DNA from: a virus
IMG/VR virus record: IMGVR_UViG_3300045988_141000
Length of the DNA stretch: 50,185 nt
Reading direction: 5' to 3' (one strand)
Numbering within the stretch: the stretch's first letter is position 1; each line of letters starts with the position of its first letter. Under the pieces are notes generated by a model. The model saw nothing but the letters and a program-made list of their open reading frames with translations, searched no databases and was not told the origin of the DNA. Position numbers and translations under genes: made by a program. Positions 1-7,928 of this stretch are shown piece after piece.

Positions 1-55
1 GGCGGCGGCTCTTGCGAAACAAGGAGGTGCCGAATAATGGCCAACACAATTTTGA
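1..55. repeat. terminal overlap of a circular contig (identical to 50131..50185)
   Basis: Bases 1-55 recur exactly as the last 55 bases; the repeat lies inside the fibre operon, so it is an assembly overlap rather than a biological terminal repeat; unique length 50,130 bp. Confidence 0.95.
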
Positions 56-933
56 TTACTGACGCCGGTCTGGCCGAAGTTGTTGAGGCAGAGCAGGGAG
101 GATTCGCGCCCGTCGTCATTACAGAGGTGGGCTACGGCACGGGGCAATACACGCCGACTGGCGACATGACGGCTCTGAAGGAAGAGTTCAAGCGTCTGAC
201 GACCATCGCAGGCGGTGCGGTTGGAGACAACGTCATCCACCTTGCGGCTCGCGATGATTCGTCCGAGGCCTACACTGTCTACGAGGTCGGCCTCTACACG
301 GCGAGCGGAACCCTTTTCGCGGTTTGCTCTCAGACAGTTCCGATCATCCAGAAGGCTTCGCAGTCGCAGGCTCTGCTCGCGATTGACCTTGCTGTGACGG
401 ACTTCTCTGCAGATTCGATCGCGTTCGGAGATACGAACTTCCTGAACCCGCCGGCGACGACCACGACTCTCGGTGTCGTTGAACTTGCGACGAATGAAGA
501 AACGATTGCAGGAACAGATGGGACGCGTGCTGTCACTCCGAAGAGCCTCAGCGCACGGACATCGACGGAAAGCCGCACCGGTTTGATCCGCATCGCGGTG
601 CCTGCGGAAGTGCTTGCTGGCAAGGAAAACACAAAGGCAGTGACGCCGTTTGGCTTGCTTTCTGCCTTCTTGAAGAATCACGGCGACAGCGGCTTTCAGA
701 AGTTGCCGAACGGTTTGATCGTGCAGTGGGGAAAAGCCTCGATTGCATCCGATGGCTCGACCGTTGTTGCCTTCCCAGTTGCTTTCCCGACGAGCGCCGT
801 TTTCGCGAACGCGACGCCTACTGGTGAGGTTGCTGCGGACTTCGTTGCCACTGGTTTGACGAAGGGGAACACGACCTTCAAGCACAACGCAAACGGAAAG
901 GTCCAGGCGCTCTGGATGGCGCTCGGATTCTGA
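37..933 (+). CDS. tail fibre protein, paralogue 2 (gpH-like N-terminal anchor, fibre repeat, C-terminal tip domain)
   Basis: AAGGAGG RBS upstream; N-terminal ~190 aa align by eye with ORF 49097..50167 (GTLFAV.SQ..PII.K, LLAID); fibre repeat GVVELATNEETIAGTDGTRAVTPKSL; C-terminal LPNGLIVQWGK tip-like segment. Confidence 0.8.
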   Translation: MANTILITDAGLAEVVEAEQGGFAPVVITEVGYGTGQYTPTGDMTALKEEFKRLTTIAGGAVGDNVIHLAARDDSSEAYTVYEVGLYTASGTLFAVCSQTVPIIQKASQSQALLAIDLAVTDFSADSIAFGDTNFLNPPATTTTLGVVELATNEETIAGTDGTRAVTPKSLSARTSTESRTGLIRIAVPAEVLAGKENTKAVTPFGLLSAFLKNHGDSGFQKLPNGLIVQWGKASIASDGSTVVAFPVAFPTSAVFANATPTGEVAADFVATGLTKGNTTFKHNANGKVQALWMALGF

Positions 934-947
934 AAGGAGAGGACAGG

Positions 948-1316
948 ATGGCTTACTACTACAGCGCGTCTCAACGCGCGTTTTACTGCACAGAGATCGT
1001 GTCTGTGGACGTTATGCCCGCAGACAAGGTGGCAGTCGCGGACGAGGCATACAAGAGCCTCATGGCCGCCCAGAATGCGGGGAAGTTGATCCGTCCAGGT
1101 GCGGGCGGAGCTCCTGAAGCCGTCGACCAGACGGGCGCTGCCGCAACTGGCATCGTCCACGAGCTGACGGCTGCAACTGCTGACAAGCTGGGCCACATCA
1201 AGATCGGCAAGAACGTCGATGTTGCAGCAGACGGAACGATCTCGGTCAATCTCTCGAAGGACGTTGGCGATCAAAGGGATCGTGCTCCTGAAAAGCCTGA
1301 CTATGGCTTGAGTTGA
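948..1316 (+). CDS. fibre-associated protein, tail-fibre-assembly-like N-terminus
   Basis: Starts MAYYYSASQRAFY, like the YYFS..N.FY start of P2 gpG / Mu gpU type fibre assembly proteins; contains LGHIKIGKNVDVAADGTISV fibre-type motif; ends DRAPEKPDYGLS (motif repeated at 2952-2987). Confidence 0.5.
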   Translation: MAYYYSASQRAFYCTEIVSVDVMPADKVAVADEAYKSLMAAQNAGKLIRPGAGGAPEAVDQTGAAATGIVHELTAATADKLGHIKIGKNVDVAADGTISVNLSKDVGDQRDRAPEKPDYGLS

Positions 1317-1329
1317 AGGAGGTGAGGGA

Positions 1330-1695
1330 ATGGCTGCTGTTCACAACTTTTCTCTCGATCAAGGTTCGGACAAGGTTGTCTATTTCGTCTTGCGAGATAA
1401 GAGTGGACCGATTGATTTGAGTGGGTACTCGGCTGCCATGCAGGTGCGCCGGTACGCATTCAGCGAGGCGGCTATTGACACGCTGACAACGTGTAATGGT
1501 CGCCTTCTTATTGATAGCCCTGCCGGGAAAATCACAGCGAAGTTCAATCACGAAAACACCGAGCAATATCCGGGCGATTCGGTGCTTTATGACATTGAGC
1601 TTGAGTCTCCGGACGGTGCAATCACAAGGATTCTTGAAGGAAAAATCAAAGTTTCTCCGGAGGTGACCCGTGTCAGATGCAAGCCTAAGGCGTGA
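1330..1695 (+). CDS. hypothetical virion-associated protein
   Basis: 121-aa ORF with AAGGAGG RBS, tightly packed in fibre cluster; beta-rich sequence without a motif I can name. Confidence 0.55.
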   Translation: MAAVHNFSLDQGSDKVVYFVLRDKSGPIDLSGYSAAMQVRRYAFSEAAIDTLTTCNGRLLIDSPAGKITAKFNHENTEQYPGDSVLYDIELESPDGAITRILEGKIKVSPEVTRVRCKPKA

Positions 1696-1909
1696 GAAGT
1701 TTCGCAGAAAAATTGCTTTAACTGAAGAAATCTACATCGAAGGTCAATGTAGCGATATTGCTCCAAAGGTCGTCACGGTAGAGGTTCCTGGCATCCAGGG
1801 ACCTCCGGGCAAGGATGGGGCAGACGGAAAACCCGGAGAACCTGGTAAACCAGGCGAGGGGGCTCACGTCGAAAGCATTGACAACTCTTTCATTGACAAT
1901 CTTTTTTAA
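1670..1909 (+). CDS. small collagen-like repeat protein
   Basis: GTG start with GGAGG 6 nt upstream, overlaps previous ORF by 26 nt; eight G-X-Y triplets GIQGPPGKDGADGKPGEPGKPGEG (about 1790-1861). Confidence 0.5.
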   Translation: MSDASLRREKFRRKIALTEEIYIEGQCSDIAPKVVTVEVPGIQGPPGKDGADGKPGEPGKPGEGAHVESIDNSFIDNLF

Positions 1910-1929
1910 TCGTAAAAGGAGTGAGAAAA

Positions 1930-2787
1930 ATGAGTGAATTGAATGCATTTTTAGATAAGCAAGGTTTGACTCATTACGACAGCAAATTGAAGACGGTCGT
2001 TGCCGGGCAGATGACGATCGAGGGGCGCACGATCACGCTGAAGAGCGTCTCTGGTGCAACGCTCGCAACGGTGACGATGCCGCAGACGATCTATGAGCTT
2101 GCAACGACTCAGAAAGACGGTCTGATGAGCAAGGAAGACTTCGCCAAGTTGCAAGGTGTCGCAGCTCAGGCGACGAAGGTCGAAAACTCTGAAACGAACG
2201 GGAACATCCAGATCAATGATGTTGAGACGCCCGTTTATGTACACCCGAGCGTGACGGCAGGTGCTCTTGGTGCAGGACTTTACAAAATCACGACTGACGG
2301 CAATGGGCACGTCACTTTAGGCACGAAGGTTGTCAAGGGCGACATCACGGCGCTCGGTATTCCGGCTCAGGACACGACGTATGGTCCGGCTTCGGCTGAT
2401 GCGGCGGGTTTGATGTCTGCTGCCGACTTCACAAAACTGCAAGGAGTCGCTGTGGGAGCTCAGGTCAACGTACTCGAAAAAGTGAGCGTCAACGGCGGTG
2501 CTCTGCCGGTCAGTTCGAAGGGCGTCAATATCGATCTCACGCCGTACGCGCTGAAAACGGACATTGCGAGCGCTGTGAACTACAAGGGTTCCGTCGAAAA
2601 CTATGCGGCGTTGCCGACCAAGGATGTGAAGGCCGGCGATATGTACAACGTCGAGACTGCCGATCCTGCTCATCAGATCGACGCCGGGATGAATGTCGTT
2701 TGGAATGGCGCGAGTTGGGACCCGATGGCCCCGATGATCACGATGACTGGCATTACGAACGAAGAGATCGACGCCCTCTTCGCGTAG
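1930..2787 (+). CDS. tail fibre-like protein
   Basis: ATG 1930 with AGGAG 8 nt upstream (track ORF begins at GTG 1921); N-terminus SELNAFLDKQGLTHYDSKLK and two GLMS..DF.KLQGV motifs, both common in phage fibre proteins. Confidence 0.65.
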   Translation: MSELNAFLDKQGLTHYDSKLKTVVAGQMTIEGRTITLKSVSGATLATVTMPQTIYELATTQKDGLMSKEDFAKLQGVAAQATKVENSETNGNIQINDVETPVYVHPSVTAGALGAGLYKITTDGNGHVTLGTKVVKGDITALGIPAQDTTYGPASADAAGLMSAADFTKLQGVAVGAQVNVLEKVSVNGGALPVSSKGVNIDLTPYALKTDIASAVNYKGSVENYAALPTKDVKAGDMYNVETADPAHQIDAGMNVVWNGASWDPMAPMITMTGITNEEIDALFA

Positions 2788-2798
2788 GGGGCGTTCCG

Positions 2799-3011
2799 AT
2801 GGCTAACTCTTTTCTTGATTTGATAGGGCTGGCTCACTTCAAAGAGAAGCAGAGTCAGCAAATTAGCAAAGAGTTCGCAAAGAAGTCCGAGGTAGTCACA
2901 AAGGCTGATGCCTCGGATTTCGCGAAACACAAGACGTGCAGCGCGATTCGAGATCGAGCACCGTCAAAGCCGGACTACGGCTTATCAAAAACAAAGGAGG
3001 GGGCTAAATAA
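2799..3011 (+). CDS. small fibre-associated protein
   Basis: In-frame ATG 2799 inside track ORF 2700..3011 (upstream part overlaps the previous gene); N-terminus MANSFLDLIGLAHFKEK is fibre-type; contains DRAPSKPDYGLS. Confidence 0.5.
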   Translation: MANSFLDLIGLAHFKEKQSQQISKEFAKKSEVVTKADASDFAKHKTCSAIRDRAPSKPDYGLSKTKEGAK

Positions 3012-4876
3012 TGGCTCTGAAAGAACAAGACATCGTCTTTACGACGACGGATGAAGCAGGCAACACCGTCATCCAGTTTCCGATTACGCGCGTCGAAAAT
3101 GTCGAAGACGCCGTGCGTACTGTGAACAAGAAGAAGCCTGACAGCAATGGCGACATTCAGATCGATGTCGACATGAGTCATCTGGCGACAAAAGACGAGC
3201 TGACGAAGGGCTTGGCGAATAAGCGAGATCACACGATCCAGATCGCAAACGCCGACCTGAACACGCTACTTGAGGACAAAACATGGGCCTGCAGTGGAAC
3301 GCTGAAAAACACACCGATCGCTTGCACCTTCTGCATTGTGCATGCATACGACACGGGTGCTCCTGTCAGCGGGAACATCGTGCAAGTCTGCTACGTTCCG
3401 AACCAAACCGACAACACAGTCCGCACCTTTTGGCGCAACTGCAATAATGGGGTGACCTTCGGGAAATGGAGCGAATCCGGTGCGGTGAAGACGGTGAATA
3501 GCATCGCGCCTGATGCTTCTGGCGAAGTGACGCTGCCGAACGCTACGACGAGCAAGGCCGGTCTTGTGCGCCTTGCTGCTGAAGAAGACGTTTTGAACGA
3601 AGCTCCCCAGACGGCGGTCTGCACTCAGCTGATCTACGAAATCAATGAGTTCCGTCGCAAGTCAACGGCGTACCAGGTCGGGGACAAGGTGGACTGTGCT
3701 TTCCAATACGAGCGCTTCCTTGAATGCACGAAGGCTGGGACGACGAGCGGGGAGTTGCTCGATACTCGCAACGTCACGCATGGGCAGGTCATTACGGACG
3801 GCACGGTTGAATGGACTGTGCGTACCCATGTTCGAAGCGTGAATGGTAACGTTGCAGGCGCGGACGGTAATGTTCTGGTTGACGTTGGGGTGAAGACGGT
3901 CAACGGGAATGGCCCGGATGGATCGGGTAATGTGAAGGTTGATACTGGCCTCCCGCTCGGTCATCTATTCGCGTGGCCGTACCAGACGCCGCCGGACGGC
4001 GCGATCCAGTGCAACGGCGCGACCTACAACCGTGTGCTTTACAAGGACTTCTTCGCCTATGCGACCTCGAAGGGTTGGGTGAAAACCGAATCCGAGTGGC
4101 AGAGCATCGCTTCTGCCAACGGTGGTTTTTGTCCGTACTACTCACAAGGCGACGGCTCGACGACTTTCCGCACGCCGAAGTTTGCACCTTTCATGCAGAT
4201 CGCAATTGCGGGGTCGAGCGCGGGTAAGTACCACAAGGCGGGGTTGCCGAATATCAAAGGTACTTTTAACGCTTCTCAGCTCACTGACGGGAATGACTCC
4301 GCCTCTGGTGCTCTGATTGTTGGAGGGGGCGTATCAAAACCAACGCCGGGCAGCGCTTCTGACGATTCGCAAAATGGCTTTAGCTTTGACGCCTCTAAAT
4401 CCAACGCCATCTACGGTCGCTCCAGTACCGTTCAACCCGAGTCGCACGAGTGGATGATTTGCGTCGTCGTGGCAGGGCAGGCGACGAATCTCGGTTCTGT
4501 GGATATGGCCGATGTTTTGACGACCGTTGCGCAGGTGCAGGCGGACGTCGGGGACGTTCAAACAGCGTTGTTGTCAATGCAAGCGGAAATCGAGCGGATT
4601 GCAGCCAAAAGCATGATGCCGAATTATTCGTCTTATGTTCAAGTTTCAAAAGGCGATTTTACCCCTACATATGACGGATGGATTCGCCTGTATCTTTCCG
4701 CGTCTAGTGACTATCGTAGCTTCACGGTAAAACACAAGGATAGCAATCAAGTCATTTTGAATTACGCCCAAGCGCGTTACCCGGGTTCGGGTTGGTTTAT
4801 GTGTCCTTTGGTAGCTGGAGAAACTTATACGATCTCGAGCAGTGAAAGCGCAATTTACTTCCATCCGATGAGGTGA
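3011..4876 (+). CDS. tail fibre protein with phage tail-collar domain
   Basis: 621 aa; repeated V(K/R)(T/S)VNG..PD.SGNV units; tail-collar-like signature GHLFAWPYQTPPDGAIQCNGATYNRVLYKDFFAY...GDGSTTFRTPKF; TSKAGLVRLAAEEDV fibre repeat. Confidence 0.8.
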   Translation: MALKEQDIVFTTTDEAGNTVIQFPITRVENVEDAVRTVNKKKPDSNGDIQIDVDMSHLATKDELTKGLANKRDHTIQIANADLNTLLEDKTWACSGTLKNTPIACTFCIVHAYDTGAPVSGNIVQVCYVPNQTDNTVRTFWRNCNNGVTFGKWSESGAVKTVNSIAPDASGEVTLPNATTSKAGLVRLAAEEDVLNEAPQTAVCTQLIYEINEFRRKSTAYQVGDKVDCAFQYERFLECTKAGTTSGELLDTRNVTHGQVITDGTVEWTVRTHVRSVNGNVAGADGNVLVDVGVKTVNGNGPDGSGNVKVDTGLPLGHLFAWPYQTPPDGAIQCNGATYNRVLYKDFFAYATSKGWVKTESEWQSIASANGGFCPYYSQGDGSTTFRTPKFAPFMQIAIAGSSAGKYHKAGLPNIKGTFNASQLTDGNDSASGALIVGGGVSKPTPGSASDDSQNGFSFDASKSNAIYGRSSTVQPESHEWMICVVVAGQATNLGSVDMADVLTTVAQVQADVGDVQTALLSMQAEIERIAAKSMMPNYSSYVQVSKGDFTPTYDGWIRLYLSASSDYRSFTVKHKDSNQVILNYAQARYPGSGWFMCPLVAGETYTISSSESAIYFHPMR

Positions 4877-4881
4877 TAAAT

Positions 4882-5337
4882 ATGATTTGTCGTTATAAAA
4901 TTCACGACCAAGAAACGAACGAAGTCCTTATCGCCGTAGGCGACAACAGCCAATTTTTCGAATCTATGGGCTATACGGAGGTTGGCGAGGTTGAACAAGC
5001 CTACGACGGACGGTATTTCGTAGCGGGGTATGCGCCTACGATGCCGCAAGAAGAGATCGAAGCGCAACGACTCTCCGAAGCGAAGCGCATTCGAGCAGAG
5101 CAAGTTGGCACAATCATCGTCGAGGTCGACGGAATGCCCTTTGATGGTGGAGAGCATGCTCAAGCGAGAATGGCGAACGCCATTAAGGCGTCTGAAATTC
5201 TGGGTCGCTCGTCCGTCATCTGGGTGTTGGCGAACGACGAAGTCGCGACCGTCACGGTCGAGCAGCTGAAAGAGGCGTTTGCAAAGTCCGTAGTGACAAT
5301 GGGGGAGTTCTGGCCAAGGCCTTATGAGAGGGCATAA
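4882..5337 (+). CDS. fibre-adjacent protein (DUF4376-like / fibre chaperone candidate)
   Basis: ATG 4882 with GAGGTG RBS (track ORF starts GTG 4873); C-terminal pattern VDGMPFDGGEHAQARMANAI...WVLANDEVATVTVEQLKEA resembles proteins that follow fibre genes. Confidence 0.45.
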   Translation: MICRYKIHDQETNEVLIAVGDNSQFFESMGYTEVGEVEQAYDGRYFVAGYAPTMPQEEIEAQRLSEAKRIRAEQVGTIIVEVDGMPFDGGEHAQARMANAIKASEILGRSSVIWVLANDEVATVTVEQLKEAFAKSVVTMGEFWPRPYERA

Positions 5338-5392
5338 CGGCGTCAACTCCCAAGAAACTTGACACCTCCGCCCGCAGGCGGTAGGCCGATCA

Positions 5393-6190
5393 TCAATCTT
5401 GCGTAAGCGTCAGGGTTCTTTTCTTGCGGAACATCGTCGAAAGGCGATAGCTGCCAGACTTGAACCCACGGAGTAAACGCACTTTTACGCTCGTCGGTAG
5501 CCGTCTGCGGTTGGTTCGGTCCCCGATGTCCGACGGGGCGTCGAGCGTTGTAGCGCAAGCCGAAAACAGTCTATGCGGAGGAAAACGCTTCGCGAAATCG
5601 GAGTAAGGGCAGAACAGCCAGTCGTCGACGGGGGCCGGTATCGGCATATAGGTCGCGAGTGCGTAGGCAGCGGCTTCGCGATGAATCAGATACGCAAAGC
5701 AGCAAAGCGGTGTTGGCCGGATGATCCGAAACAATTCCGTGTCGTGAACTGGATAGCTCTCTCCGACAGTGAACGTTTGACGGGATCCGTGGAGCTGGAT
5801 GACGCGGGCTCCTTGAGGGATCCAATCGGAAGACGCGGCGAACAGCTTGAAGCGGGGGGATAGGACGATGTCGTCCTCCATGATCAAGCCCCATTCGCAG
5901 TTGCTTTTTACGAGCTTCTCCCAACAGGCCGCATGCGATAGGAAGCACGCAATCTCAGTTGGCCACAGCGCTTTTCTGAAGACGAATTTCTCGGGGGCGT
6001 CGTAGGGGGCCTCTAGCCGGGAGAGTTCCTCCGGGCTCAATTTACGACCGTCTCTGGCGGGGATGCGTTGGAAGGAGAGGCCTTGCACGGAAAGTTGTTT
6101 TGAAATCGATTCTAGACGCTCGGGCGAGCGATCGAGATTAATCACCAAACGGAGAATATTGGTCGGGGGGGGGGTAACATCTTGAAACAT
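5393..6190 (-). CDS. glycosyltransferase family 25 (LOS/LPS beta-1,4-galactosyltransferase type), moron
   Basis: 265 aa from ATG 6190; LVINLDRSPERL, FQRIPARDG, EIACFLSHAACWEKL, GLIMEDDIVL match GT25 (Lic2B/LgtB/LgtE family) hallmarks; only reverse gene in fibre cluster; track ORF extension to 6559 rejected. Confidence 0.8.
   Translation of the reverse strand: MFQDVTPPPTNILRLVINLDRSPERLESISKQLSVQGLSFQRIPARDGRKLSPEELSRLEAPYDAPEKFVFRKALWPTEIACFLSHAACWEKLVKSNCEWGLIMEDDIVLSPRFKLFAASSDWIPQGARVIQLHGSRQTFTVGESYPVHDTELFRIIRPTPLCCFAYLIHREAAAYALATYMPIPAPVDDWLFCPYSDFAKRFPPHRLFSACATTLDAPSDIGDRTNRRRLPTSVKVRLLRGFKSGSYRLSTMFRKKRTLTLTQD
6165..6174 (-). repeat. homopolymeric C10 tract (G10 on + strand) in codons 6-9 of the GT25 gene
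   Basis: Minus strand reads ATG TTT CAA GAT GTT ACC CCC CCC CCG ACC; uninterrupted run of 10. Confidence 0.95.
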
Positions 6191-6265
6191 ATTTAATATG
6201 AATGCAAAAAGACTCACGGTTGTCGAATCATCCGTGAGCAGGGTACGTACACATAACTTTATCAC

Positions 6266-6286
6266 ACCGCCTTCGGGCGGTTTTTT
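6266..6286 (+). terminator. rho-independent-type hairpin (ACCGCC-TTCG-GGCGGT + T6)
   Basis: Perfect 6-bp GC-rich stem, tetraloop, T6; sits 4 nt before ATG 6290 with no upstream + strand gene to terminate. Confidence 0.5.
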
Positions 6287-6289
6287 CAT

Positions 6290-6547
6290 ATGTGGAATTT
6301 GATTGTCCAGGCGCTGAAAGATGCGCTGAAGGAAAAGGTGACTGAAATGACGAAAGAAGAAGTGAAGGAGTGGCTCGACAAGCTCGGCGTCAAGGTCGAG
6401 GAAGTGACCGACGATCTCATCGCCAAGGTAGAGGCTCAGAAGGCTCTGCTCGATGCGGAGACGCGCCGGAAGACTAGACTCTTCTGGGGCCCGGTTGGTT
6501 TTCTGGCTGGGGTTCTCTGCACGTGGCTGTACAACATCCTCTTCTGA
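6290..6547 (+). CDS. small tail-anchored membrane protein, unknown function
   Basis: 85 aa; charged helical N-terminal part (KEEVKEWLDKLGVKVEEV) and one C-terminal hydrophobic helix LFWGPVGFLAGVLCTWLYNILF. Confidence 0.5.
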   Translation: MWNLIVQALKDALKEKVTEMTKEEVKEWLDKLGVKVEEVTDDLIAKVEAQKALLDAETRRKTRLFWGPVGFLAGVLCTWLYNILF

Positions 6548-6612
6548 GGATAGATGCAACGAGCTGTGAGAATCTGCGCGTTGCGACTCAGAGCATGCTA
6601 CTGTGTGCTCAT

Positions 6613-6642
6613 GGCCGGGGGACTGTCCCTCGGCCTTTTTTT
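6613..6642 (+). terminator. rho-independent terminator
   Basis: GGCCGGGGG-ACTGT-CCCTCGGCC (9 bp incl. one G-T) followed by T7. Confidence 0.7.
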
Positions 6643-6655
6643 ATAAGGAAAGCCA

Positions 6656-7909
6656 TTGTTTTATTACGGCTTCATTAACGACCAGAGCATCTGCACTGGC
6701 ACATACGGTTTCCCGACAGAGGTAACCATTCCTAACTACATCTACATCGGAACGACAGACGACAAGACCGTCATCGGGAAGAAGTGGACTGGCAACGGCT
6801 GGGTCGAAGTGATCTATTACTTCTACGCACAGCTCAACGAAAAGGACCTCTGCATCGGCGTGCAGGAGTATCCGACCGAAGTGATCGACGCGCGTTTGAT
6901 TCGAATCGAAACGCTCGACGAGTCTCTGATTGGGTTCTGGTACGACCGCACGGATTCGACCTTCAAGCCTGCGCCGATCCGTGTGCTCGCGGATCACTCC
7001 ACCGACGTTGTGAACTATCGCAACGAAGACCGTTGGCTTTCGGATGTGCTTGACGAAAAGGCGAACAGCCTTACCATCTACAGCAAGACCGAATCGGATG
7101 CTCGTTTTGCCCTCAAGGGCGAAGGTGGTTCTGGTGGAACGCCGGGCGCTGACGGCGCTGATGGTTTGAGCGCTTACGAGGTGGCTGTGGCGAATGGCTT
7201 CATTGGCAGCGAGGTTGAATGGCTTGCGAGCCTTGTTGGTGAACCTGGCCTGCCTGGCAAGGACGGCGTTGATGGCAAGAACGGCATCGACGGTGCTCGC
7301 GGTGAGCAGGGCCTCCCGGGCAAGGATGGTCTTCCCGGTGCTGAAGGTGCGCCCGGTAAGGACGGCGCTCCTGGTAAGGATGGACTTCCTGGTCGAGATG
7401 GCGAACGCGGTCCGCAGGGCTATCCGGGTGCCGATGGTCGCGATGGCACGAATGGCCGAGATGGTCAGGACTTCGGCGGCTCTGTAGCGTCTGACGTGAT
7501 TCGCCTAAACGGTACTCAGGCGCTCTTCAAAACGTCGTCCATGATGACGCTCGCGACGAACGGCCTTGAGACGATGATTGCCGGTTCGAAAATCTACTCG
7601 AAGACGGCCATCAGCGTTTCGTCGGACGTTCGGCTTAAGGAAGGAATTGCGAAGGTCGATGCCGACCGAGCGATTGAGTTCATTCGCAAGCTCCCGGTCG
7701 TGACTTACTCCTACATTGGCGAGGAAGACGGTCAGAGGCACATGGGGCTCATTGCGCAGCAGGTCCAGAATGCGGACCCGCAGATTGCGAAGCTCTTTGT
7801 CAGCAAGTCGTCTGAGGGCTATCTGGCGGTGGACTATGCCTCTCTGGTGTGTCCGTTGATCCTCGCGGTTCAGCGACTTTCGGATGAGGTTGAGCGACTT
7901 AAAAGCTAA
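6656..7909 (+). CDS. collagen-like tail fibre with C-terminal intramolecular chaperone (peptidase S74-type) domain
   Basis: TTG start; about 25 G-X-Y triplets (aa 195-270, nt 7238-7465); SAYEVAVANGFIGSEVEWLASL motif; C-terminus SSDVRLKEGI...HMGLIAQQVQ...VDYASLVCPLILAVQRLSDEVERLK resembles the S74 autoproteolytic chaperone domain. Confidence 0.75.
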   Translation: MFYYGFINDQSICTGTYGFPTEVTIPNYIYIGTTDDKTVIGKKWTGNGWVEVIYYFYAQLNEKDLCIGVQEYPTEVIDARLIRIETLDESLIGFWYDRTDSTFKPAPIRVLADHSTDVVNYRNEDRWLSDVLDEKANSLTIYSKTESDARFALKGEGGSGGTPGADGADGLSAYEVAVANGFIGSEVEWLASLVGEPGLPGKDGVDGKNGIDGARGEQGLPGKDGLPGAEGAPGKDGAPGKDGLPGRDGERGPQGYPGADGRDGTNGRDGQDFGGSVASDVIRLNGTQALFKTSSMMTLATNGLETMIAGSKIYSKTAISVSSDVRLKEGIAKVDADRAIEFIRKLPVVTYSYIGEEDGQRHMGLIAQQVQNADPQIAKLFVSKSSEGYLAVDYASLVCPLILAVQRLSDEVERLKS

Positions 7910-7928
7910 GTCTTAAAGCTCCATAAAG

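Noticed and set aside
1278-2987. DRAPxKPDYGLS repeats as DNA recombination sites for fibre cassette switching (shufflon/Gin-type inversion).
   Set aside because: The nucleotide sequences differ at many positions, the repeats are direct rather than inverted, and no invertase is encoded nearby. Conservation is at the peptide level.
5338-5392. Hairpin CCTCCGCC-CGCA-GGCGGTAGG between the convergent fibre-adjacent gene and the GT25 gene, considered as a bidirectional terminator.
   Set aside because: The stem is imperfect and there is no T-run on either strand. It was not reported as a feature.
6191-6559. N-terminal 123-codon extension of the GT25 ORF (track ORF 5393..6559).
   Set aside because: The extension runs antisense through the 6290..6547 gene and through a hairpin terminator. 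GT25 enzymes start only a few residues before the VINL motif, so ATG 6190 fits.
7194-7487. 97-aa ORF in an alternative frame of the collagen-like region. The same applies to 215..397 and other small same-strand overlapping ORFs.
   Set aside because: These are alternative-frame readings of G-X-Y repeats or of GC-rich coding sequence. They have no independent translation signals.
37-7909. Diversity-generating retroelement acting on the fibre genes.
   Set aside because: No reverse transcriptase ORF exists anywhere in the circle, and I saw no near-identical template/variable repeat pair.
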